Below are positions 9,174 to 18,700 of a DNA stretch of 64,000 nucleotides, piece after piece. The stretch covers positions 29,791-93,790 of the forward strand of contig JANRJQ010000003.1 in the NCBI GenBank assembly GCA_033763895.1, written 5' to 3'. Origin of the DNA: Chloroherpetonaceae bacterium (GTDB lineage: Bacteria; Bacteroidota; Chlorobiia; Chlorobiales; Thermochlorobacteraceae). The notes beneath the pieces were generated by a model. The model saw only the letters and a list, made by a program, of their open reading frames with translations, ran no database searches and was not told where the DNA came from. The position numbers and the translations under genes were made by a program. Within the stretch, counting starts at the first letter, position 1; each line of letters begins with the position of its first letter.

Positions 9174-10943
9174 ATGAAGCAAAAACTGAAATCCGTTGTA
9201 AAATCAAGCGCTGTTTATATAGCCGGCGTATTCTTGCTTATTGGAGCCATCGCCGTCTCTTATGGGTTTGTGCGCCCAACCGAAAATTTCTTTGAGATCG
9301 GAAAGAATATCGAGTTGCTTGGAAGAATATATAAGGATGTATCGATGAACTATGTCGATCAAATTAGCGTCTCTCAATTTATGCGTGCTGGAATCGATGG
9401 GATGCTTTCAACACTCGATCCATACACGGTTTTTATGGATGAGGAGCAGTCGGATGATATTGATCAACTTACAACAGGGAAATATGCCGGAATTGGGGTA
9501 ACCACGGGTACTGATAAAGACGGTGGCGTAATCATTGTTTCGGTAACTGATGGTTACTCGGCTGATAAAGCAGGATTAAGAATTGGCGATCGAATAGTAA
9601 AAGTGAATGGAACCGCCGTAAAAGGTCGTGCGGTATCTGATGTTCGCACAATGATGAAAGGCGAAGCAGGCACCGAAGTAAAGCTATCGATTGAGCGTGA
9701 AGGGGAAAGAAGCATTCTTGAGTTTAGTCTGATTCGCCAAGAAATCATGATCAAGAATATTCCTTTTGCCGATATCATAGAGGGAAACATCGGTTACATC
9801 AAGCTCGAACGATTTAATTTGAATGCCGCCGAAGAAATGTCAATTCAAATTCGGTCGATTATGGATTCTGCGTTGAATCGAAAAACGCCCTTAAAAGGTT
9901 TTATTCTTGACCTTCGCGGAAATCCGGGTGGGTTACTTGATGCCGCAGTTTCGATTACGAGCAAATTCGTGCCTCAGGGCAGTGCAATTGTGACAACGAG
10001 AGGGCGAGACTCAAGCAAAGTCCGCGTTTACAATTCTGTAAGCACACCATACCTCAAAGATATTCCCTTGGTAGTAATGATCAACGGCAATAGCGCGTCA
10101 GCTTCGGAAATCGTGGCTGGAGCAGTGCAAGATCTTGACCGAGGTGTAATAGTTGGAACTCGCTCTTTCGGGAAAGGGCTCGTTCAAACCATAACCCGCT
10201 TGCCATACAACACATCATTAAAAATTACAACCGCCAAATATTATACCCCATCAGGTCGCTTGATTCAAGCAGTTGATTACTTCCATCGGAATCAACGAGA
10301 AGGAAAACGAAATGTGTTTATCGAAGAGCCGGATACCTTGCACAATTCTTTCAAAACAAAAATCGGTAGAACCGTTTATGACGGCGGAGGAATCGCGCCA
10401 GATGTTCATACCGACGAGCGAGAAACGACACCCTTAGAAACTGCTTTATGGAGAAATTCACTTTTCTTCAAATTTGCAAATTCTTATCAAGCAAAATACC
10501 CGAAATTGCCAGAGGGGTTTAAAGCCGATGACAAACTCTTCAATGAATTCAAGCAATATCTCGCAGGTTCTAAATTTGACTACCAATCTGATGCGGAACG
10601 GAAACTTCAAGAACTGATAGAAGCTGCTGAAAAAAATTATTACAACGATCAATTGGTGAAGCAACTTAAATCCTTACAGGCCAATCTTGTTTCAGAAAAA
10701 AACAATGATCTTGAAAGACAGAAAAACGAAATTTTATCTGTACTTGAGACGGAAATAATAACCAGATATCAAGGTGAGCGAATGGGTATTGCAGCAAGCC
10801 TAAATTCGGATGTCCAATTGAATGAAGCAATTTCAGTTTTAATGGATCAACAGCGGTACAAATCGCTTCTCTCATCCGGGCACGAAGTTGGAAAAACGCC
10901 CGGAAAAAGGGAAAAATCAAAACAGGCTCGAAAAAAGTCTTAA
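9174..10943 (+). CDS. ctpA: C-terminal processing protease, S41 family, with PDZ domain
   Basis: LDPYT, DLRGNPGG, SASASEIVAGAVQD and SFGKGLVQ motifs. Confidence 0.95.
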   Translation: MKQKLKSVVKSSAVYIAGVFLLIGAIAVSYGFVRPTENFFEIGKNIELLGRIYKDVSMNYVDQISVSQFMRAGIDGMLSTLDPYTVFMDEEQSDDIDQLTTGKYAGIGVTTGTDKDGGVIIVSVTDGYSADKAGLRIGDRIVKVNGTAVKGRAVSDVRTMMKGEAGTEVKLSIEREGERSILEFSLIRQEIMIKNIPFADIIEGNIGYIKLERFNLNAAEEMSIQIRSIMDSALNRKTPLKGFILDLRGNPGGLLDAAVSITSKFVPQGSAIVTTRGRDSSKVRVYNSVSTPYLKDIPLVVMINGNSASASEIVAGAVQDLDRGVIVGTRSFGKGLVQTITRLPYNTSLKITTAKYYTPSGRLIQAVDYFHRNQREGKRNVFIEEPDTLHNSFKTKIGRTVYDGGGIAPDVHTDERETTPLETALWRNSLFFKFANSYQAKYPKLPEGFKADDKLFNEFKQYLAGSKFDYQSDAERKLQELIEAAEKNYYNDQLVKQLKSLQANLVSEKNNDLERQKNEILSVLETEIITRYQGERMGIAASLNSDVQLNEAISVLMDQQRYKSLLSSGHEVGKTPGKREKSKQARKKS

Positions 10944-10946
10944 TCT

Positions 10947-11633
10947 GTGTCTTTATTTATTCTTATTCCGTGCTATAACGCAGAAAATTCGATTCATACA
11001 CTATTTCAGCGAATCAAATTCGCATTGAAAGATGCACCGCCTTATACCATCATTTGTGTTAATGACGGATCTTATGACCAAACGGTTGAAAAACTTAATT
11101 CAATTGATGTTCAAGTAATTCATCATAAAAAAAATTTAGGGAAAGGCGCCGCACTCAAAACCGGTTATACTTTCGCGCTTGAGAATAACGCAACTTCGGT
11201 TTTAACTTTAGATAGCGACTTGCAGCACGACCCAAATGATATCCAAACGTTTCTCGCTGCAAGTTCTACCGCTGATATTATCATTGGTTCCCGCAAAGCG
11301 TCGTTCACTCAATTAGAGAGTGAAATGCCCTTTTTAAGACAATTTTCAAATCGTACAACCTCACGAATGATGAGCCGTTTAACCGGACAAGTCATTGAAG
11401 ACGCTCAGTGTGGATTTAGATTAATCAATAAAATATGTTTAAAAACCATTTTACCTCTTTGCTCCGAAAATGGTTATATGTTCGAAACTGAATTTCTTAT
11501 CCTCGCTTCACAAAAAGGTTTTAAGGTGCAGTTTGTACCCATTCAAACAATCTATGGTGTTGGAAAGAGTTATATGAGACCTGTTCGTGAAACAATTAAT
11601 TTTCTAAAGTTGTATTTCAGGCACTGTCAATAA
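10947..11633 (+). CDS. Glycosyltransferase family 2 (DPM1-like)
   Basis: LIPCYNA, VNDGS.D, GKGAAL, DSDLQH and DAQCGFR motifs. Confidence 0.92.
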   Translation: MSLFILIPCYNAENSIHTLFQRIKFALKDAPPYTIICVNDGSYDQTVEKLNSIDVQVIHHKKNLGKGAALKTGYTFALENNATSVLTLDSDLQHDPNDIQTFLAASSTADIIIGSRKASFTQLESEMPFLRQFSNRTTSRMMSRLTGQVIEDAQCGFRLINKICLKTILPLCSENGYMFETEFLILASQKGFKVQFVPIQTIYGVGKSYMRPVRETINFLKLYFRHCQ

Positions 11634-11697
11634 TTGAATTCATGAAATTTCGCTAATCCATTTTTGAAAACAGTTAAACACAAAAGATTCTAAGACG

Positions 11698-12264
11698 ATG
11701 ATTTTAGTAATTGATAATTACGATTCATTCACATACAATTTGGTTCAGTATCTCTCTGAATTAGGAGCTGAGATTATCGTGAAACGAAATGACGAAGTTT
11801 CTCTCGATGAGATATCAAAACTTAAACCACAGAAAATTGTCATCTCTCCGGGACCTTGTACCCCAAAAGAAGCGGGGATTTCTATGCCGTTGATTCATCG
11901 ATTTAAGGGAGAATTTCCAATTCTGGGTGTTTGCTTGGGTCATCAGTCAATTGGGGAAGTAATGGGTGGAAAAGTGATTCGCGCCCCAAAGCCAATGCAC
12001 GGAAAAATTTCTCAAGTTAGCCATTCTTCGAAAGGGATTTTTAGTGGGGTTGAAAACCCTTTTGAAGCCACACGTTATCACTCCTTAATTATTGAAAGGG
12101 AAACTTGCCCATCAACGTTGAGTATAACCGCGTGGACAACAGATGGGATGATTATGGGAATCGAAAGTGAGCAATTGAAACTTTTTGGGGTGCAATTTCA
12201 CCCGGAGTCAATTATGACAAAGGAAGGAAAGAAAATTCTCAAAAATTTCCTTTCGCTCAATTAG
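11698..12264 (+). CDS. pabA: Aminodeoxychorismate/anthranilate synthase component II (glutamine amidotransferase)
   Basis: IDNYDSFTYNLVQY, GVCLGHQ, RYHSL and QFHPES motifs; pabA versus trpG cannot be resolved here. Confidence 0.9.
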   Translation: MILVIDNYDSFTYNLVQYLSELGAEIIVKRNDEVSLDEISKLKPQKIVISPGPCTPKEAGISMPLIHRFKGEFPILGVCLGHQSIGEVMGGKVIRAPKPMHGKISQVSHSSKGIFSGVENPFEATRYHSLIIERETCPSTLSITAWTTDGMIMGIESEQLKLFGVQFHPESIMTKEGKKILKNFLSLN

Positions 12265-12429
12265 TGCTCGAATATTCTTAGCAAATTTTCACATTTAATT
12301 TCTCATGCATTGAGATGCAACGCTGGTAAAGCGTTGGAGAAATAGAACGCCTTTAATAGCGAATTTTTTACGATATTTGCCGTTCAAAAAATTTGATTGC
12401 AACCACTTTTAAACACTTGAGACGACCAA

Positions 12430-15400
12430 ATGATTAAGTTTCTTGAGAAAATTTTTGGCTCAAAACACGAAAAGGATGTTAAACGAATTCGCCCGATTGT
12501 TGACGAAATCAATGAAATTTATGAAACACTTAATTCTCTTTCCGATGATGATCTTCGTTCCAAAAGTGAGGCGTTAAAAAAACATATTCAAGAGTCTGTT
12601 TCCTCTATTGAAGAAGAGTTAGTTTCTAAAAAGAAGGAACTTGAGAATCTGGATCTGACTTTTGATGAGGTTCAAGTCATAAAAGAAGAAATTGAATCCC
12701 TCGAAAAAGATCTACACGAAAACGAAGAAGAAGTTCTAAATGAAATTCTTCCTGAAGCTTTTGCGATTGTCAAAGATACCTGCCGAAGGCTGGTTGGAAA
12801 GAGATGGATGGCCGGCGGAAATGAAATCGTATGGGAAATGATTCCTTATGATGTTCAATTGATTGGTGGTATCGTACTTCATGAAGGAAAGATTGCTGAA
12901 ATGGCAACCGGGGAAGGAAAAACCCTTGTTGCTGTAATGCCAACATTCTTAAATGCACTCACCGGTAAAGGCGTTCATATTGTCACTGTCAATGACTACC
13001 TCGCCCAACGCGACTCTGAGTGGATGCGGCCCGTCTTCGAATTCCACGGTCTTAAAGTCAGTGTGATCCTTTCTGATATGGATTCTTCTGAAAGAGCCCA
13101 AGCCTACTCAGCCGATATCACTTACGGAACAAATAATGAATTCGGTTTTGATTATCTCCGCGATAATATGGCGACTGATAAAGTTGATGTTGTTCACCGT
13201 AAGTTTAATTATGCCATAATCGATGAAGTCGATTCAGTCTTGATTGATGAAGCAAGAACGCCACTCATTATTTCAGGACCAGTTCCTCAATCCAATTCCG
13301 ATAAATATGCGGAGCTCAAACCAAAAGTCGATCGTTTGGTAAAAAGCCAACAAAACTTGGTCGGGAAATTATTGGCTGAAGCAGAAAAATTAATTCTTGA
13401 AAAAGAGAAAGCCGATAAAGAATGGGAGTTCAAAGCAGGGCTTGCATTATTGCGTGCAAAAAGAGGACAACCCAAGAATAAGAGATATCTCAAGGTCATT
13501 GGAGAACCTCAAAACATGAAATTGTTACAGGCTGTTGAAAATGAATATCTCAGAGACAATGCGAGAAAAATGCATGAGGTGGATGAAGAACTTTATTATG
13601 CTATTGAAGAGCGATTTCACACCATTGACCTTACTGAAAAGGGAAGAGGCTTTCTAACAGATTCAGAATCAAATTCAGATTTTTTCCTCCTGCCGGATGT
13701 CGGTTCGGAAATTGCAAAAATCGATTCAAAAAATGAACTCTCTGACGATGAAAAAGTTAAAGCAAAAGATGAACTTTATCGTGTCTTTTCAGAGCGTTCA
13801 GAGCGAATTCACAATGTCTCCCAATTGCTAAAAGCCTATTCTCTTTATGAACGCGATGATGAATATGTTGTGCAAGATGGCAAGGTTTTAATTGTCGATG
13901 AATTTACCGGTCGGATCCTTTCTGGCCGCCGTTACAGCGATGGTTTACACCAAGCAATTGAGGCGAAAGAAGGTGTAAAAATTGAAGGCGAAACTCAAAC
14001 AATGGCGACGATAACCCTTCAAAATTATTTCCGACTTTACAAAAAGATTTGCGGGATGACAGGCACGGCAGAAACAGAGGCCTCCGAATTTTTTGAAATT
14101 TATAAACTCGATGTCGTTGTCATTCCCACCAATCGTCAAATTGTCAGAAAAGACGATGATGATTTGATTTATAAAACTAGAAGAGAAAAGTATAACGCTG
14201 TTATCAATAAAATAGACGAACTGCGCGAAAATGGTCAACCGGTTTTGGTAGGAACAACTAGTGTCGAGGTTTCAGAAACTATTTCAAGAATGCTCACGCG
14301 TAAAGGCATTAAGCATAATGTCTTAAATGCGAAACAAAATCAAAGGGAAGCGGAGGTAATAGCCCAAGCCGGTCAACGCTCGGCAATTACGATTGCGACC
14401 AATATGGCTGGTCGTGGAACCGATATTAAATTGGGTCAAGGAGTAAAGGAAAACGGAGGTTTATTCATTTTAGGAACCGAGCGGCATGAGTCACGGAGAA
14501 TCGACCGACAGCTGCGAGGCCGAGCTGGTCGTCAGGGTGACCCCGGTGTTACCCAATTTTTTGTCTCACTTGAAGATGATTTGATGCGCCTTTTCGGCTC
14601 CGACCGGATTTCATCGTATATGGAAAAGGTAGGCTATCAAGAAGGTGAAGTGCTGGCACACCCATTACTTACAAAATCAATTGAAAGAGCCCAACGGAGA
14701 GTTGAAGAGCAAAATTTCGGAATTCGAAAAAGACTGTTGGAATATGACAATGTCATGAATCAACAACGAGAAATTATTTACGCTCGCCGAAGAGATGCGC
14801 TTTTCAAAGACAGGTTAAGAATTGAAATCTTCGATATGCTTCATGAATATGCAGAGCGTATCGCTTCAACTTATTTCGCAGAGTTCAATTCAACTGCTTT
14901 AAGAGAAACGGTTCTCAGAGAACTCTCTGTTGATGTGCCCCTTACAGAACAAGAGTATCAAAAAATTGGAAAAGAAGGCGTTCTCGAAAAGATTTATCAT
15001 GCAGGTGCTGAGTTTTACAAGCGAAAAGAAGACCAAATTGGTGAGGATTATACGGCAAGAATTGAAAAGTTTGCGGTCCTAAGTGTTATTGACGAAGCGT
15101 GGCGCGAGCACCTCCGCGATATCGATGATCTTAAGGAAGGGATTAACCTCCGAGCCTATGGACAAAAAGATCCACTGTTAGAATACAAACAAGAAGCCTT
15201 CAAACTTTTTGTAGAGATGTTGGATAATATTCAACAGAATACGCTCTCATTGGCTTTTAAACTCTTTCCGGTCGTCCCAAATGATGACGGGGCAAGGAAG
15301 GGAAAAGCAGCATCAGTTCCTGATATTTCAATTCGCGCACGAGTTAGAAAAGATAAATTAGTTGCAAAACATGTTGCAGCTGAAAGTGCATATAGCATTG

Positions 15401-15558
15401 CGGCCTCGCATGCGGCCGCCTCTGAAAGTGGTGCCGATGTGGCTGAAGAAGAAAAACCAAAACAAGAACCAATCCGAGTTGAAAAAACCCCGGGGCGCAA
15501 CGATCCCTGTTTTTGTGGCAGTGGGAAGAAGTATAAAAACTGCCACGGCAAAATGTAG
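12430..15558 (+). CDS. secA: Preprotein translocase subunit SecA
   Basis: [38 protein letters not shown]-terminal SEC-C motif [19 protein letters not shown]. Confidence 0.99.
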   Translation: MIKFLEKIFGSKHEKDVKRIRPIVDEINEIYETLNSLSDDDLRSKSEALKKHIQESVSSIEEELVSKKKELENLDLTFDEVQVIKEEIESLEKDLHENEEEVLNEILPEAFAIVKDTCRRLVGKRWMAGGNEIVWEMIPYDVQLIGGIVLHEGKIAEMATGEGKTLVAVMPTFLNALTGKGVHIVTVNDYLAQRDSEWMRPVFEFHGLKVSVILSDMDSSERAQAYSADITYGTNNEFGFDYLRDNMATDKVDVVHRKFNYAIIDEVDSVLIDEARTPLIISGPVPQSNSDKYAELKPKVDRLVKSQQNLVGKLLAEAEKLILEKEKADKEWEFKAGLALLRAKRGQPKNKRYLKVIGEPQNMKLLQAVENEYLRDNARKMHEVDEELYYAIEERFHTIDLTEKGRGFLTDSESNSDFFLLPDVGSEIAKIDSKNELSDDEKVKAKDELYRVFSERSERIHNVSQLLKAYSLYERDDEYVVQDGKVLIVDEFTGRILSGRRYSDGLHQAIEAKEGVKIEGETQTMATITLQNYFRLYKKICGMTGTAETEASEFFEIYKLDVVVIPTNRQIVRKDDDDLIYKTRREKYNAVINKIDELRENGQPVLVGTTSVEVSETISRMLTRKGIKHNVLNAKQNQREAEVIAQAGQRSAITIATNMAGRGTDIKLGQGVKENGGLFILGTERHESRRIDRQLRGRAGRQGDPGVTQFFVSLEDDLMRLFGSDRISSYMEKVGYQEGEVLAHPLLTKSIERAQRRVEEQNFGIRKRLLEYDNVMNQQREIIYARRRDALFKDRLRIEIFDMLHEYAERIASTYFAEFNSTALRETVLRELSVDVPLTEQEYQKIGKEGVLEKIYHAGAEFYKRKEDQIGEDYTARIEKFAVLSVIDEAWREHLRDIDDLKEGINLRAYGQKDPLLEYKQEAFKLFVEMLDNIQQNTLSLAFKLFPVVPNDDGARKGKAASVPDISIRARVRKDKLVAKHVAAESAYSIAASHAAASESGADVAEEEKPKQEPIRVEKTPGRNDPCFCGSGKKYKNCHGKM

Positions 15559-15620
15559 GTTGGAAATCCCGTGCTTTAGTGTGAATTTTTTGTTCCAAAA
15601 CACAGGTCAAAGAGATGGCA

Positions 15621-15650
15621 TTGACATTAAGTCGGGGTTGTCGTTAATTT
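15621..15650 (+). promoter_or_regulatory. Candidate sigma70-type promoter for the C25/PorV locus
   Basis: TTGACA at 15621-15626, 18-nt spacer, TAATTT at 15645-15650, about 60 nt upstream of the ATG at 15710. Confidence 0.45.
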
Positions 15651-15709
15651 AGAATAAGCCAAAGATTTCGCTTCAATTTCTTTTAAGTCGAATTATTGAA
15701 TCCGCAAGA

Positions 15710-18700
15710 ATGAATTCATTTTATTTTGAAAAGCTAAACGTGAACAGAGTTTTTTTTGCTTTTTTGGCAATTTTTCTTTTTATCGCTTTAAATCAAAGCG
15801 ATGTGTATTCGCAAAGCGAATTAAAAGAAAATCGTCCAGCTCAGAATCCCTTAAATACAAATACCAACCCATTGGAGTCGTCACTTCCTCAAACTTTGGA
15901 TGAAGGTTTTGCGTCACAATCAACCGGTGAAACAAAACCAACGCTTGTATCTCTCAAGCAAAAGTCGAAAGGGATTTCAATTCTTACATTTAATTTTCCT
16001 TCTCCTTACAAAAAGCTAAAGGGTGTCGCAGATAAAATTGAAGAAACGCTTGGCTTGCCTAAAGTTGATCACTTAATTTCCGGTATCGGATACGATGTCC
16101 CTTCTTTTTCATATATCATTCAAGGAAAAATCACCTCAGTAAAAATTGTTTCGAAAGAGCATCTTGAATCCTTACCGCTTTCGCTAACCTTTCATCCCGA
16201 GGAATTTGAAGATATCCCAATCGGAAATGATGGACCTAAGCCTAAACCGGTTTCAAGAGAATCAAGACAAAAAGAATTCAATGTATTTCCCGAAAAAGAG
16301 ATTTCATTTTTCTTTGGTGGGTCGATGCGGGGTGTTCCAATTTCAACAATTACCGTTTCACCATATCGTTATGATCCCCGAAAAAAAATGGTAACCGTTT
16401 CAAAAACCGTGACGGTTGAAGTAAGTTTTGATCTCGCAGAGTCCGATAAGATCGCAATTGGAATCGATGAAGAATCAATCTTAAAATCGAAACCCAGAAA
16501 GAAATTACCTTACTCACAAAGTATATCAAAAGGTAATATTCAAATGGCTTCCCCAAATCTTGGAGAAGGTAAAAATCGTATTGCAAATCTTCCGGTTTCT
16601 CAAATTCCCGGACTTTCTTCGTTACCGGTTCGACCAAAAGCAAAAATTATTACCGATAAAGATGGAATTTATCGTATCGGGTTTTTTGAATTCCAAGAGT
16701 ATTTAAGGAGCGGAAGCATTACAGCAGATTTTTTCACGGCTGACCCAAGAACCTTACGCTTGTTTAATAAGGGAATTGAAATTCCGATTTTAGTAAAAGG
16801 TGAGCAAGATGGGGCATTTAATCGCAATGACTTTATTGAGTTTTTTGGCGAAAAAAATGCGTTAAAATTTGCCGATTCCCAACGGCCTGATATGTACACC
16901 GATCCCTATTCCGATGAAAACATCTATTACTTGTATTGGGAACCCAGTTTGAACAACACCAATAGAGGTTTAAGGCTTGTTGAAATTCCCGTGGAAGTGA
17001 GGAATCCTGTAGCAAGAGGTTTTAATCTTGCAACACAAACCTTTCGATCGAACCTTCATTTCGAAGAAGACCTTGGCGGATTAGGTGGACTTGTACCAAG
17101 CCAAAGTATTGAACAGAATCTCAGTCGCGCGTTCGCGAGGTTCAATACCACAGAGTATAAGAGGACGAGGAACGAAAGCGATTTTCGCGACCGAGCATTT
17201 TGGGATGCGGTATTTCTAAATTCGCAACGGGAATTTCCGATTGAACTTCCCGGCTTAGCGGATGTCGCCGATGATTCTATCCGCATCAAAGTTGCCTATC
17301 ACGGCTTAAGCTACGATTCACGCTTTAATCCACAGAATCGAGCAGTGTTACAGTTGGGAGGCGTTGTTGTAGGTCAAACCAATTGGGGAAATGGCGCAAA
17401 GTCACAAGAACTGAAGATTGATAACTTTGTCACCTCAGCCCGTCAGTTTTTTGTGGGTGTTCGAAGAGATTATGATACAATCAAAACAATTCAAGTTGCC
17501 AATCAGGACGATAATTCGACCGTACTGCCGGGAGAAGAAGGCCGTTCTTTTTTTGTTAATTGGTTCAATATTTCATATCCAAGAACCTATCAGGCATTTG
17601 ACGATAAAATCTCTTTTTCAATCCCTGTTGGACGCGCAGCGGGTCGATACGAATTTTTGATTACCGGTTTTACAACACCGAATATTCAAATTTACAAAAG
17701 AGGTGTTGGTATCCTGAATAACTTTACTGTAGAGCCTTACTTTGAAATTATAGAAAACCCAGATGGCTCTGCGACAAGAATAGAAAAACAAGTTTATCGA
17801 ATTCGCTTTCAAGATAATGTCATCAACCCAAATGACGTAATTTATGACGCTATTCCACAAACAGAAAAATTGCTTCCACTTCGTGTTGAAAAATTGCTTC
17901 CTTCAAATCTTTATGAGCCCGGTGTGAGATTGGTTGATAAGACAAATGACTACAGTTTTATCATTATTACCTCATCAAAATTTATTGGCGAGCAAAATTT
18001 TAACGATTCTCGCAATGTCATTTTTCAGTATAAAACATACCGAGAGGAACGCTTAGCACAACTTGGCGAGCGTTCAAGAGTATTGGTGGTTACAGCAGAA
18101 AGTATCTACGATGAATTTAATTATGGTATTAAAAGTCCAAGAGCAATTCGAGATTTTCTTGATTATGCCTATCACGAATGGCGTGAATCTCCAATTTATG
18201 TCCTCTTAATTGGGGGTGCCTTCCGAATCAAAAATTCCGGGAATCTTGTTCCAACAATGAGAATTCAAACCATTGAATTTGGAGCGACCGCAGCTGATGC
18301 GTGGTATGTCATGATTGATGGCACAGATGAATCCGGAAAATTAGATCTCCTACCTGATATGCAGATTTCACGAATCGCGGCATCAAACACAGGAGATGTA
18401 GCGAATTATTTAGAAAAGCTTAAGCAATACGAAGAATACGCTGTTACCGGAGAGTGGCGAAACCGAGTGATTATGATCGCTGGAGAGGCGGGTAGAACCA
18501 GTTTTAACGATCCAAACGATAATAAGATTATCCAAACCGATGAAATTATCCGGCAAAATTTAGGTCGCAATTTTTTTGTTTCAAGAATCAACACAGGTGA
18601 GGGAAGATTTCCATCTAACCCGCAACTAGACATTCATCTTGGAAACAGTGAGACATTAAGAAACTTGATGAATAACGATGGGTCTTTGGTCCTAAACTTT

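Noticed and set aside
12301..12336. Short hairpins upstream of secA (caacgct-ggtaa-agcgttg) as a SecM-like or riboswitch control
   Set aside because: Only a 7-bp stem, no U tract, no leader ORF and no recognisable RNA motif.
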